DNA from: Curvibacter sp. AEP1-3
GTDB lineage: Bacteria > Pseudomonadota > Gammaproteobacteria > Burkholderiales > Burkholderiaceae_C
Assembly (NCBI GenBank): GCA_943372765.1
Contig: CALRZY010000011.1
Coordinates: forward strand, 7,412 to 71,411
Direction of reading: 5' to 3'
DNA length: 64,000 bases
Under the pieces are notes generated by a model that searched no databases, was not told the DNA's origin, and saw nothing but the letters and a program-made list of their open reading frames with translations. Positions within the stretch are counted from its first letter, which is position 1. Each line of letters begins with the position of its first letter. A program made the translations under genes and the position numbers. Of the stretch, positions 28,492 to 40,265 are shown one piece after another.

Positions 28492-31400
28492 TTACTCGTA
28501 AACGATCACAGCCTTTCCTTGATCTGCCTGTGCCATCCAGCCCGCCAGCGCCGCATCGCTGGGATAGAACTTCGCGTCCTCCCCCAGTTGCAGCTCTGCC
28601 GCCGCAGCAATGTCCGCGCCAAGGCGGCGCAAGGAAAGGCGCACACCCAGGCCGCGCAGCAATTCGCCCTGTTCGGTCATCTCGCGTTTGGGCGGATGTT
28701 CGGTCACCAGGCGCTGCACGTCAGGGGCGCGACCGTTGACCGCCACCCGCAGGTACTTGCCGAAGCGGCAGCGCGCCGCCTCCAGGCTCCAGACCTGGTT
28801 GATGTTGAGCTGCAGGCCGCCGGAAAAACGGTCCGGCATGGCTTTGGCCATCACGATGATGAGTTCGTCGTCCTTCAACAGGTTGCGGTTGGCGTTCATC
28901 AGCGCCTCGTCGACACGGGCGTCGAGCACGGCCGTCTTGTCGTCGAGCTTGAAGAGGGCAAGTTTGCCGCGCTGGCCGTTGATGACACGGAAATCGCTGA
29001 CGATGCCGGCCAGCAATTGCGGTTCGCGCGTGTCGATCAGTTCGGCCAGTTCGCGTTTGGCAAAACGCCGCACCTCCAGAGCGACTTCATCGAACAAGTG
29101 GCCCGACAGGTAGAACCCGACCGCCGTCTTCTCGTGAGTGAGGCGCTCCTTTACGCCCCAGGGCAGCGCGTCGACCAGATCCGGTTCCTGCGTGCTGGCC
29201 CCGTGGCTGTCGTCGCCCAGGTCGAACAGGCCGCCCTGGTTGACGTTGGCCGCGGTGGCGTTGGCGAAATCGAAAGCGCGATCGATCGAGGCGACCAGCG
29301 ACGCGCGGTTGAGCTGCAGGGAGTCGAAGGCGCCCGCCTTGATCAGCGCCTCGATGCTGCGCTTGTTCAGACGCGTACGGTCCACGCGCACGCAGAAGTC
29401 GTACAGGCTGGTGAACGGGCCGCCTTCCGTACGGGCCTTGACGATGGCCTCGACGGCCTGCTCACCCGTGCCCTTGACGGCACCCAGGCCGTAGCGGATG
29501 GCCTTGTCCGAGATCGGCTCGAAACGGTAGTGGCCGCGGTTCACGTCCGGTGCCTCGAACGTCATGCCCATCTTGAGGGCATCCTCGAACAGCACCTTCA
29601 GCTTGTCGGTGTCGTCCATTTCCACGGTCATGTTCGCGCAGAAGAACTCGGCCGTGTAGTGCACCTTGAGCCAGGCCGTGTGATAGGCCAAGAGCGAGTA
29701 GGCGGCAGCGTGTGACTTGTTGAAGCCGTAGCCGGCGAACTTCTCCATCAGGTCGAAAACCTCGTCGGCCTTGTCCTGGGGAATGTTGTGGGTTGCGGCC
29801 GCACCGGCGCGGAATTTCTCGCGGTGCTCGGCCATCTCCTCGGCCTTCTTCTTGCCCATGGCGCGGCGCAGCAGGTCGGCGCCGCCCAGCGAGTAGCCGC
29901 CCAGGATCTGCGCGGTCTGCATGACCTGCTCCTGGTAAACCATGATGCCGTAGGTCTCGCTGAGCATCTCGGCCACCGCTGGATGCGGGTACTCGACCTC
30001 TTCGCGTCCGTGCTTGCGCGCCACGAAACTTGGGATCAGGTCCATCGGGCCCGGGCGGTACAGGGCGTTGAGCGCGATCAGGTCTTCCAGCCGGGTGGGC
30101 TTGGCGTCGCGCAGCATGCCCTGCATGCCGCGGCTTTCAAACTGGAACACGGCCTCGGTCTTGCCTTCCTGGAACAGCTGGTAGGTGGCCTTGTCCTTGA
30201 GCGGGATGTTCTCGAAGGCGAAGTTCTCCTGGCCCGGATGGCGCGCCATGATGAACTCGCGCGCGATCTCCAGGATGGTCAGCGTGGCCAGGCCCAGGAA
30301 GTCGAACTTGACCAGGCCCACGGCCTCCACGTCGTCCTTGTCGTACTGGCTCACGGCCGCGTCGCTGCCAGGCTGCTGGTAGAGCGGGCAGAAGTCGGTC
30401 AGCTTGCCCGGTGCGATCAGCACGCCGCCGGCATGCATACCGACGTTGCGGGTCAGGCCTTCGAGCTTCTGTGCCAGCGCCAGCAGCGTCTTGACCTCGT
30501 CTTCCTTCTCCAGCCGTTCGGCCAGGATGGGCTCGGCCTGGATAGCGTCGGCAATCGTGATGTGCTGGCCCGGCTTGTTGGGGATGAGCTTGGAGATGCC
30601 GTCGCAGAAGGTGTAGCTCATGTCGAGCACACGGCCCACGTCACGTATGGCGGCGCGCGCGGCCATGGTGCCGAAGGTGGCGATCTGGCTGACCGCCTCC
30701 TTGCCGTACTTGTCCTTCACGTAGTCGATCACGCGGTCGCGGTTGGCCTGGCAGAAGTCGATGTCGAAGTCGGGCATCGAGACGCGTTCGGGGTTCAGGA
30801 AACGCTCGAACAGCAGCTTGTATTCCAGCGGGTCGAGGTCGGTGATCTTCAGCGCGTAGGCCACCAGCGAACCGGCACCCGAGCCGCGGCCGGGCCCTAC
30901 CGGGCAGCCGTTGGCCTTAGCCCACTGGATGAAGTCACCCACGATCAGGAAATAACCCGGGAAACCCATCTTCAGGATGGTGTTGATCTCGAATTCGAGG
31001 CGCTCCACGTAGCGCGGCCGTTCGGCATCGCGTTTGACGGCGTCCGGGTAGAGGTGGGTCAGCCGTTCCTCCAGGCCCTCGAAAGAGACCTTGCGGAAGT
31101 ACTCCTCGATGCTGAGGCCGCCCGGGATGGGGAAGTTGGGCAACTGAGGTTTGCCCAGCACCAGGGTCAGGTTGCAGCGCTTGGCGATCTCCAGCGTGTT
31201 GGCCACGGCGCTGGGCAGGTCGGCAAACAGCGCCAGCATCTGCGCGGCGTTCTTGAAGTATTGCTCGCGGGTGAACTTGCGCACCCGGCGCGGGTTGCCC
31301 AGGATCTCGCCTTCGGAGATGCAGACGCGTGCCTCGTGCGCCTCGTAGTCGTCGGGCGTGGCGAACTGCACCGGATGCGTGGCCACCACCGGCAGTTTCA

Positions 31401-31965
31401 TGCGCGCGGCCAGTTGCACGGCAGCCGTCACATGGGCCTCGTCGTCAGCGCGGCCCGCGCGTTGCAGTTCCAGGTAATAACGGTGCGGGAACACGGTAGA
31501 GAGCTGCAGCGCCGCCTCATGCGCGCGCTCGATATCACCCTGCACAAGGGCCTGCCCCACGGCGCCACTTTGCGCGCCGGAAAGCGCAATCAACCCCTCG
31601 TGCAATTCTTTCAGCCAGGCCAGCTTGACCACGGCCTGGGCCTTCACCACATTGCCGGTCCAGGCCCGCGCGATGATTTCGGAAAGGTTGAGGTAACCCT
31701 GCTTGTTCTGCACCAGCAGCAGCAGGCGCGAGGTGGCCAGCGGGTCTTGGCCCAGCCCCTCCAGCATGATCTCGACGCCGATCACCGGCTTGACGCCCTT
31801 GCCGCGCGCTTCCTTGTAGAACTTGATGGCTCCGAACAGATTGTTCAGGTCGGTGATGGCCAGCGCTGGCTGACCATCCCTGGCTGCGGCCTTGACGATG
31901 TCCTCGATGCGGACGGTGCCGTCGACGACGGAGAACTCGGTGTGCAGGCGCAGATGGGAAAACAT
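28492..31965 (-). CDS. dnaE: DNA polymerase III alpha subunit
   Basis: 1157 aa. The PHP domain begins MFSHLRLHTEFSVVDG. The polymerase core contains GRGSGAGSLVAYALKITDLDP and PDFDIDF, and the OB fold is present. Confidence 0.97.
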   Translation of the reverse strand: MFSHLRLHTEFSVVDGTVRIEDIVKAAARDGQPALAITDLNNLFGAIKFYKEARGKGVKPVIGVEIMLEGLGQDPLATSRLLLLVQNKQGYLNLSEIIARAWTGNVVKAQAVVKLAWLKELHEGLIALSGAQSGAVGQALVQGDIERAHEAALQLSTVFPHRYYLELQRAGRADDEAHVTAAVQLAARMKLPVVATHPVQFATPDDYEAHEARVCISEGEILGNPRRVRKFTREQYFKNAAQMLALFADLPSAVANTLEIAKRCNLTLVLGKPQLPNFPIPGGLSIEEYFRKVSFEGLEERLTHLYPDAVKRDAERPRYVERLEFEINTILKMGFPGYFLIVGDFIQWAKANGCPVGPGRGSGAGSLVAYALKITDLDPLEYKLLFERFLNPERVSMPDFDIDFCQANRDRVIDYVKDKYGKEAVSQIATFGTMAARAAIRDVGRVLDMSYTFCDGISKLIPNKPGQHITIADAIQAEPILAERLEKEDEVKTLLALAQKLEGLTRNVGMHAGGVLIAPGKLTDFCPLYQQPGSDAAVSQYDKDDVEAVGLVKFDFLGLATLTILEIAREFIMARHPGQENFAFENIPLKDKATYQLFQEGKTEAVFQFESRGMQGMLRDAKPTRLEDLIALNALYRPGPMDLIPSFVARKHGREEVEYPHPAVAEMLSETYGIMVYQEQVMQTAQILGGYSLGGADLLRRAMGKKKAEEMAEHREKFRAGAAATHNIPQDKADEVFDLMEKFAGYGFNKSHAAAYSLLAYHTAWLKVHYTAEFFCANMTVEMDDTDKLKVLFEDALKMGMTFEAPDVNRGHYRFEPISDKAIRYGLGAVKGTGEQAVEAIVKARTEGGPFTSLYDFCVRVDRTRLNKRSIEALIKAGAFDSLQLNRASLVASIDRAFDFANATAANVNQGGLFDLGDDSHGASTQEPDLVDALPWGVKERLTHEKTAVGFYLSGHLFDEVALEVRRFAKRELAELIDTREPQLLAGIVSDFRVINGQRGKLALFKLDDKTAVLDARVDEALMNANRNLLKDDELIIVMAKAMPDRFSGGLQLNINQVWSLEAARCRFGKYLRVAVNGRAPDVQRLVTEHPPKREMTEQGELLRGLGVRLSLRRLGADIAAAAELQLGEDAKFYPSDAALAGWMAQADQGKAVIVYE

Positions 31966-32042
31966 GGGTTTGATTTTAGTTATTCAACCTGCCAGCCAGC
32001 CCCGCCTGAGGATGATTTTTTCATCGGATGTGCTGGAATCCA

Positions 32043-32075
32043 TAAAAAGAAAAAGCCCGCGCGAGGCGGGCTTTC
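32043..32075 (-). terminator. Rho-independent terminator downstream of rpoD
   Basis: The minus strand reads gaaagcccgcctcgcgcgggctttttcttttta, a GC-rich stem followed by a T tract. Confidence 0.7.
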
Positions 32076-32096
32076 CAGGCTGCGGGTTTCCCCGAA

Positions 32097-34517
<2,421 letters not shown>

Positions 34518-34736
34518 GGATCAACCTCGGGACATCAAAAACTGGCACAAAGAAACAAACACAGCACCGACAAAACCGGCGCGGTTGGGGGACAGAGGAG
34601 AAATCCTCAGAGGCAAGATGGGAGGGCGAACATTTGGAATGCAGTCCTTGCGGTAAGGTGGCCGGTCGTGCGCTTGGGCTACGGTTGGCCTGGCCCGGAG
34701 GTGCTGCTGTCGCTCTTGCCGAAACTCAGACGTGGA

Positions 34737-34764
34737 TTATACCCGGCAAAGCTGGGAATTCAAT
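34737..34764 (-). promoter_or_regulatory. Candidate sigma-70 promoter for rpoD (TTGAAT-N16-TATAAT)
   Basis: On the minus strand, TTGAAT sits at 34764-34759 and TATAAT at 34742-34737, separated by a 16-bp spacer. The site lies between the dnaG stop (34797) and the rpoD ATG (34517), implying a 5' UTR of about 210 nt. Confidence 0.4.
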
Positions 34765-34796
34765 GCTGGCGCGCGTTTGCGGTGCCCTTTGCAAAG

Positions 34797-36671
34797 CTAT
34801 TCGGTCGTGGTGGGGCCGGTTTCCAGGGCCCGCCGGCGGGCCTGTAGCTCGCGGTAGCGCTCCAGGGCGGCCGGGTTGTCGCTGGCCGCGGCGATGGCCA
34901 CGGTCTCCTCGGCCTTGAGCTGTTCGATCAGCATACGCTGCAGCAGATTGCGCAGCTCGGTCCGGGCTTCGGCATGGTCTTCGGTGGCGCTTAGGTCCGA
35001 ACCGTGCATGAGCTTGTGCGCCAGCGCTTCGGCCGGATGACCTTGCAGGGCTTCGCGCAGGGCGCCCCAGGGCAGGGGGCCGTGTTCGTGCAACTGGGCC
35101 TCCAGCCAATTCAGGAGTTCGCCATGGGCTCCGGGCAGGCCGCAGAGCAGTGCGTGGTCCTCGCTGGAGAGCTGTTCCCACAGCTGGCTGTGCGCCAGCA
35201 GCAGGCGGGCTGCATGGTCGGAGCGGTTGACGGGCAGGCCGCGCGCCGCGCGCGTGGCCGATGGGCGGCTGGGCCGGGGTTTGTAGCTGGTGGATGCCGC
35301 GCTGCCCGCAGGGCCGGTGCCGGTTGTCGCCCGCTCCCCCTGGCGTGGAGCGCCGCCGCGCGACGGGGCCGACCACAGGGATGACAGTTCCTGCACATCC
35401 AGCTGCACCAGGCCGGCGATCTCGCCCAGCAGCTGGCGTTTGAGTGCGCCGTCGGGCAACTGGCTCCACAGAGGCTTGGCATTGCTGGCCAGGCGGGCCC
35501 GGCCCTCGGCACTGGAGAGGTCGCAGCCCTCGCGCGCGGCCTCGATCAGGAAACGGCTCAGCGGCACGGCCTCGCTGACGCAGCGGGCGAAAGCGTCCTT
35601 GCCGTTTTCGCGGATGTAGCTGTCCGGGTCGTGCTCGGCCGGCAGGAACAGGAACTTGATGCTGCGCACGTCGCTGGCATAGGGCAGGGCACCGTCGAGT
35701 GCGCGGCGCGCGGCACGCCGGCCGGCGGCGTCCCCGTCGAAGCTGAAGACGACCGAGTCGGTAAAGCGGAACAGCTTCTGCACATGGTCGGTGGTGCAGG
35801 CCGTGCCCAGCGTGGCCACCGCGTTGGGAAAACCGAGCTGGGCCAGGGCCACCACGTCCATGTAACCCTCGGTGACCAGCACGTAACCGGCGTCGCGGAT
35901 GGCGTTGCGCGCTTCGAACAGGCCATAGAGCTCGTGGCCCTTGCTGAAGACCGGCGTCTCGGGCGAGTTCAGGTACTTGGGTTTTTCGTCGCCCAGCACG
36001 CGCCCACCAAAACCGATGCACTCGCCCTTGACGTTGCGGATGGGAAACATGATGCGGTCGCGGAAGCGGTCGTAACGCTTTTCCTCGCCGCCGCTGTCGT
36101 CCGTGCTGGTGATGACCAAGCCGGACTCCACCAGCAGCGGGTCGTCGTATTGCGGGAATACGCTGGCCAGGCTGCGCCAGCCCTCGGGGGCGTAGCCCAG
36201 GCCGAAAGCCTTGGCGACCTCGCCCGACAGGCCCCGACCCTTGAGGTAGTCGACAGCCCTGGGTGAACTTTTGAGCTGCTTGCGCCAGGCCTCGCCCGCC
36301 TTCTCCAGCACGTCGGAGAGCGTGGCCTGTTTCTGCCGCTGCTCGGCGGCCCGGGCGCGGTCCTGCGGACTGGCGTCGTCCTCCGGCACCTGCAGACCGT
36401 AGTGCTGGGCGAGATCCTTCACAGCCTCAATGAAGCTCATGCCGGTCTGTTCCATCAGGAAGTTGATCGCATCACCGTGCTTGCCGCAGCCGAAGCAGTG
36501 ATAGAACTGCTTGGTGGGGCTGACGGTGAAGGAAGGCGACTTTTCCGCGTGGAAGGGGCACAGGCCCATGAAGTTGGCGCCGCCCTTCTTGAGCTGCACG
36601 GTGCGCCCGACGATCTCGACGACGTCGGCGCGCGCAAGCAACTCCTGGATGAAGGACTGGGGGATGGCCAT
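34797..36671 (-). CDS. dnaG: DNA primase DnaG
   Basis: The start is placed at the ATG at 36669-36671, giving MAIPQSFIQELLARADVVEIVG...FMGLCPFHAEKSPSFTVSPTKQFYHCFGCGKHGDAINF (zinc ribbon). The TOPRIM domain contains LVTEGYMDVVAL. The track ORF extending to 36800 is over-extended. Confidence 0.95.
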   Translation of the reverse strand: MAIPQSFIQELLARADVVEIVGRTVQLKKGGANFMGLCPFHAEKSPSFTVSPTKQFYHCFGCGKHGDAINFLMEQTGMSFIEAVKDLAQHYGLQVPEDDASPQDRARAAEQRQKQATLSDVLEKAGEAWRKQLKSSPRAVDYLKGRGLSGEVAKAFGLGYAPEGWRSLASVFPQYDDPLLVESGLVITSTDDSGGEEKRYDRFRDRIMFPIRNVKGECIGFGGRVLGDEKPKYLNSPETPVFSKGHELYGLFEARNAIRDAGYVLVTEGYMDVVALAQLGFPNAVATLGTACTTDHVQKLFRFTDSVVFSFDGDAAGRRAARRALDGALPYASDVRSIKFLFLPAEHDPDSYIRENGKDAFARCVSEAVPLSRFLIEAAREGCDLSSAEGRARLASNAKPLWSQLPDGALKRQLLGEIAGLVQLDVQELSSLWSAPSRGGAPRQGERATTGTGPAGSAASTSYKPRPSRPSATRAARGLPVNRSDHAARLLLAHSQLWEQLSSEDHALLCGLPGAHGELLNWLEAQLHEHGPLPWGALREALQGHPAEALAHKLMHGSDLSATEDHAEARTELRNLLQRMLIEQLKAEETVAIAAASDNPAALERYRELQARRRALETGPTTTE

Positions 36672-36714
36672 GGTTCGATTGTAGGAAGAGTGACCGAGGC
36701 CGCCCGACGCAGGC

Positions 36715-38580
36715 TCAGTCGCCCTTGACCGTGCCCTCGCGTCGCGGGTCGGCGCCGCCGTACAGGCCCTTGCCGCGCACCTGGATGGCCTGCAGGCCAC
36801 TGGTCAGCGGCTGTTCCTGCACGCGATGGCCACGCTGGCGCAGGGCGGCAGCCGTGCTTGGGGGGAAACGCTGGTCCTCCAGCAGGACCGGCCCGCCAAA
36901 CGCCGCAAAGTTGGGCAGGCTGATGGCCTGCTGCACGTCCAGGCCCCAGTGCAGCGTGCCGTAGAGCAGTTTGCCCGTGTAATGGATGATGTAGGCGCCC
37001 CCCGGGCTGCCGCCGCTGAGCAGAAAGTCGCCGCGGGGGCGATCGAACACCAGCACCGGGGTCATGGACGAGCGCGGCCGTTTGCGCGGCTCGACGCGGT
37101 TGGCGATGGGCGCGCCCGATTCGCTGCGGGGCGTGAAGCTGAAGTCGGTCAGCTGGTTGTTGAGCAGAAAGCCGCCACGCAATCCCTGGCCGCGGTTGAC
37201 CATGAGGTGGGCGCCCCAGGCGGCTTCGATGCTGCTGGTCATGGCCAGGGCCCGGCCCTGGCCATCGACGATGCTGATGTGCGAGGTGCCGTATTCGGCC
37301 TGCTCGGGCATGGGCCCCAGGCTTTGCTGCACGCCAGCGGGGATGCCGGCCGGCGCGTCCCGCATGCGCCGGGCCCGCGGGCCGCTGCCGATCAGCTTCG
37401 CACGCTGTGCCAGGTAGTCTTCGTCGAGCAGGCTCATCCAGCTGGCACCGGGCGGCGGTACGTAGTCGGGGTCGGCCACGTAGACGGCGCGGTCGGCAAA
37501 GGCGAGGCGCGAGGCTTCGGTGTAGAGGTGCAGCCAGTCGGGGCCAGGCCGCAAGCCTTGCGGGCTGCGCTGGGGCTGCAACCTGGCAGCCGGCGTATGG
37601 GCCAGCAGGCCCAGGATCTGACCCATGGCCAGCGTGCCCGAGCTCGGCGGCGGCATGCCGCAGATGCGGACGTCGCGCTGGCGCGCGCCCTTCGGAAGCA
37701 CGGGGCGTGCACTGTGTACGAAGCACAGCGGGGCGCGCACCAGGGCCTCGTAGCCGGTCAGGTCGGCCAGCGTGAGACGGCCCGGATTGGCCGGGTGCTC
37801 GCGCACCTTGCGCACCATGGCCTCGGCCAGCTCGCCCTCGTAGAAGCTGCGTGCGCCCTCGATGGCGATGCGGCGCAGTACCGCCGCCAGCTCCGGGTTG
37901 CGCAGGCGATGCCCCACGGGCCAGGGCTGGCCACTGTCGTCGAAAAAATAGGCGGCAGCCACCGGATCCTGCCGCAGGGCGGCCGCGTCCGAGAGCAGGG
38001 CATGCAGGCGCGGACCGACCGGGAAGCCCTCGTCGGCCAGGGCGATGGCGGGCTCGAAGAGCTGCTGCCAGGGCAGGCGGCCGTGCTGGCGGTGGGCCAG
38101 CGCCAGCATATGCAGCACGCCAGGGGTGCCGACGGCGCGCCCGCCAATGGCTGCGGCCTGGAAGGACAGGGACTTGCCCTGGACGTCGAGGAAGAGGTTT
38201 TCGTCAGCCTCGCTCGGAGCGGTCTCGCGGCCGTCGTAGGCCTCGGTGAGCTGGCCGTCGTGGTGCAGCATGAAAGCACCGCCGCCGAGGCCGCTGGACT
38301 GGGGCTCGACCAGGGTCAGCACCATCTGCACGGCCACGGCTGCATCGACGGCGCTGCCGCCAGCTTGGAGTATGCGGTAGCCCGCATCGACGGCCAGCGG
38401 ATGCGCGGCCGCCACCGAGAACTTCTTGCTGGCCCAGCCGGCCTGCGCGCGCTGGCCGCTGGCGGCTTCGGGCTGGCGCGGCACACCTGCCGCCGGGGCC
38501 GGTGAATTCGCGCCGGCAGGAGATGCCGCCAGCAGCAGGCCCGCCAGCAACAGGACCATGAGATGCCGTGTGCTGCGCAT
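36715..38580 (-). CDS. ggt: Gamma-glutamyltransferase
   Basis: 621 aa. It has a signal peptide, the autoprocessing/nucleophile region EYGTSHISIVDGQGRALAMTSSIE, and the SPGGAYII motif. Confidence 0.92.
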   Translation of the reverse strand: MRSTRHLMVLLLAGLLLAASPAGANSPAPAAGVPRQPEAASGQRAQAGWASKKFSVAAAHPLAVDAGYRILQAGGSAVDAAVAVQMVLTLVEPQSSGLGGGAFMLHHDGQLTEAYDGRETAPSEADENLFLDVQGKSLSFQAAAIGGRAVGTPGVLHMLALAHRQHGRLPWQQLFEPAIALADEGFPVGPRLHALLSDAAALRQDPVAAAYFFDDSGQPWPVGHRLRNPELAAVLRRIAIEGARSFYEGELAEAMVRKVREHPANPGRLTLADLTGYEALVRAPLCFVHSARPVLPKGARQRDVRICGMPPPSSGTLAMGQILGLLAHTPAARLQPQRSPQGLRPGPDWLHLYTEASRLAFADRAVYVADPDYVPPPGASWMSLLDEDYLAQRAKLIGSGPRARRMRDAPAGIPAGVQQSLGPMPEQAEYGTSHISIVDGQGRALAMTSSIEAAWGAHLMVNRGQGLRGGFLLNNQLTDFSFTPRSESGAPIANRVEPRKRPRSSMTPVLVFDRPRGDFLLSGGSPGGAYIIHYTGKLLYGTLHWGLDVQQAISLPNFAAFGGPVLLEDQRFPPSTAAALRQRGHRVQEQPLTSGLQAIQVRGKGLYGGADPRREGTVKGD

Positions 38581-38603
38581 GGGGGCTCCCGTGGCGTGTG
38601 GGC

Positions 38604-39362
38604 TCAGCGTGGGGCCAGGCGGATGGCGCCGTCCAGGCGAATCACCTCGCCATTGAGCATGTCGTTCTCGAAGATGTGCTTCGCCAGCTTGGCGTAGTCT
38701 TCGGGCGTACCGAGGCGGCTGGGGAAGGGCACGCTGGCGGCCAGCGCGTCCTGCACCTCCTGCGGCATGCCGAACAGCATGGGTGTGCCAAAGATGCCGG
38801 GGGCGATGGTCATGTTGCGGATGCCGTTGCGGGCCAGGTCGCGGGCGATTGGCAGCGTCATGCCGACCACGCCGCCCTTGGAAGCGCTGTAGGCGGCCTG
38901 GCCGATCTGGCCATCAAAAGCTGCCACGCTGGCGGTGGAAATCAGCACACCGCGCTCGCCGGTGGCTTCGGGTTCGTTCTTGCACATGGCGTCGGCGGCC
39001 AGGCGGATCATGTTGAAGCTGCCGATCAGGTTGACCGTGATGGTCTTGCTGAAGGTGGCCAGCGCGTGCGCGCCGTTCTTGCCCACGGTCTTCTCGGCCG
39101 GCGCGATGCCCGCGCAGTTGACCAGGCCCATGAGCTTGCCCAGCGTAACGGCCCGGGTCACCACCGCCTGCGCGTCGGCTTCCTGGCTCACGTCGCACTT
39201 GACGAAGACGCCGCCGATGGCCTTCGCGACGGCCTCACCCTTGTCAGCCTGCATGTCGGCGATCACGACCTTGCCGCCGTTGGCCGCCAGCATGCGTGCC
39301 GTGCCTTCACCCAGGCCCGAGGCGCCGCCGGTGACGATGAAAACCTTGCCCGCGATCTGCAT
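38604..39362 (-). CDS. Short-chain dehydrogenase, 3-hydroxyacyl-CoA dehydrogenase type-2-like
   Basis: The ATG at 39360-39362 is preceded by AGGAG. The sequence begins [25 protein letters not shown], and the catalytic [12 protein letters not shown] motif is present. The track ORF starting at 39395 is slightly over-extended. Confidence 0.88.
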   Translation of the reverse strand: MQIAGKVFIVTGGASGLGEGTARMLAANGGKVVIADMQADKGEAVAKAIGGVFVKCDVSQEADAQAVVTRAVTLGKLMGLVNCAGIAPAEKTVGKNGAHALATFSKTITVNLIGSFNMIRLAADAMCKNEPEATGERGVLISTASVAAFDGQIGQAAYSASKGGVVGMTLPIARDLARNGIRNMTIAPGIFGTPMLFGMPQEVQDALAASVPFPSRLGTPEDYAKLAKHIFENDMLNGEVIRLDGAIRLAPR

Positions 39363-39384
39363 GAAAAGCTCCTGTGTTGTGACG

Positions 39385-39400
39385 TTGACGTTCACGTCAA
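39385..39400. promoter_or_regulatory. 16-bp palindrome TTGACGT-TC-ACGTCAA upstream of the SDR gene (candidate operator)
   Basis: Read directly from the sequence, 23 bp upstream of the SDR ATG. It is preceded by a third half-site-like gtgacgt. The binding protein is unknown. Confidence 0.3.
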
Positions 39401-39465
39401 TTATGGCGCAGCGCCCCTTTTCTCTCGTGTTTTGGCCGTGACATCGAAAGTGAGTCGAAGTTTGC

Positions 39466-39474
39466 TGCTATACT
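39466..39474 (+). promoter_or_regulatory. Extended -10 element TGCTATACT, candidate tRNA-Val promoter
   Basis: A TGn+TATACT element lies 22 nt upstream of the mature tRNA 5' end. I saw no good -35 element. Confidence 0.4.
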
Positions 39475-39496
39475 CGCGGTCTCGAACGAATTCTCA

Positions 39497-39572
39497 GGCG
39501 CGTAGCTCAGCTGGTTAGAGCACCACCTTGACATGGTGGGGGTCGTTGGTTCGAGTCCAATCGCGCCTACCA
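39497..39572 (+). tRNA. tRNA-Val (anticodon GAC)
   Basis: GGCGCGTAGCTCAGCTGGTTAGAGCACCACCTTGACATGGTGGGGGTCGTTGGTTCGAGTCCAATCGCGCCTACCA folds as a cloverleaf by hand. The anticodon loop is TTGACAT and the CCA end is encoded. Confidence 0.95.
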
Positions 39573-39698
39573 AAATCCCTTTCCGTCTTGTTGCCTCCGC
39601 TCTCAGGGTAAACCTTGGGGCGGTGGCGCAGGCGGCTTCCTAGAATGTGTTGCAGCGCAATACATGAAAACGGTTCACAGAACCGAGGAGATCAGGGT

Positions 39699-40232
39699 AT
39701 GAGAGAAAAAAAAGGTGATGCTGCTGCAGGCGCTGAGCGGGTCATCAAGAAATATCCCAACCGCCGTCTGTACGACACCCGCACGTCAAGTTACATCACG
39801 CTGACGGAAATCAAGCAGCTGGTCATGGACGGAGCTGCCTTCGTGGTGCGCGATGCCAAGACCAGCGAAGACCTCACGCGCAGCATCCTGCTGCAGATCA
39901 TCTTGGAAGAAGAGGCGGGCGGCTCGCCCATGTTCAGCACCTCGGTGCTGTCCAACATCATCCGTTTCTACGGCCACGCCATGCAGGGTTTCATGGGGGG
40001 TTATCTCGAGAAGAACATCCAGTCCTTGCAGGATGTGCAGGCCAAGCTCGCCGAGCAGTCCAAGGGACTGAGCCCCGAGATGTGGACGCAGTTCATGGCC
40101 ATGCAGACACCCGCGATGCAAGGCCTGGTGACGCAGAACCTGGAGCAGTCCCAGCACCTGTTTGTCCAGATGCAGGAGCAGATGCAGAAGCAGACCGAGC
40201 AGATGCTGGAGACCTTCGGCCTCAAGCGCTGA
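39699..40232 (+). CDS. phaR: Polyhydroxyalkanoate synthesis repressor PhaR
   Basis: The ATG at 39699 follows the RBS gaggag. The sequence reads IKKYPNRRLYDTRTSSYITLTEIKQLVMDG...DLTRSILLQIILEEE. The track ORF starting at 39615 is over-extended. Confidence 0.9.
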   Translation: MREKKGDAAAGAERVIKKYPNRRLYDTRTSSYITLTEIKQLVMDGAAFVVRDAKTSEDLTRSILLQIILEEEAGGSPMFSTSVLSNIIRFYGHAMQGFMGGYLEKNIQSLQDVQAKLAEQSKGLSPEMWTQFMAMQTPAMQGLVTQNLEQSQHLFVQMQEQMQKQTEQMLETFGLKR

Positions 40233-40265
40233 GCAGCGGGCTGCGGATGCGGCGACAATGGCGGC

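Noticed and set aside
27868-28739. Mutually overlapping small ORFs on both strands (131, 129, 180, 121 and 256 aa) in the trhO-dnaE spacer.
   Set aside because: They overlap each other on both strands and coincide with the inverted-repeat element. They carry no domains or export signals, and the 256-aa ORF runs into the dnaE 3' end on the opposite strand. I interpret them as artefacts of a non-coding repeat.
34726-37726. Alternative-frame minus-strand ORFs of 431 aa (34726-36021) and 423 aa (36455-37726) within dnaG and ggt.
   Set aside because: They lie on the same strand but out of frame with genes whose frames carry diagnostic motifs (the DnaG zinc ribbon and TOPRIM domain, and the GGT Thr nucleophile). 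The alternative products are Arg/Pro/Ala-rich low-complexity sequences.
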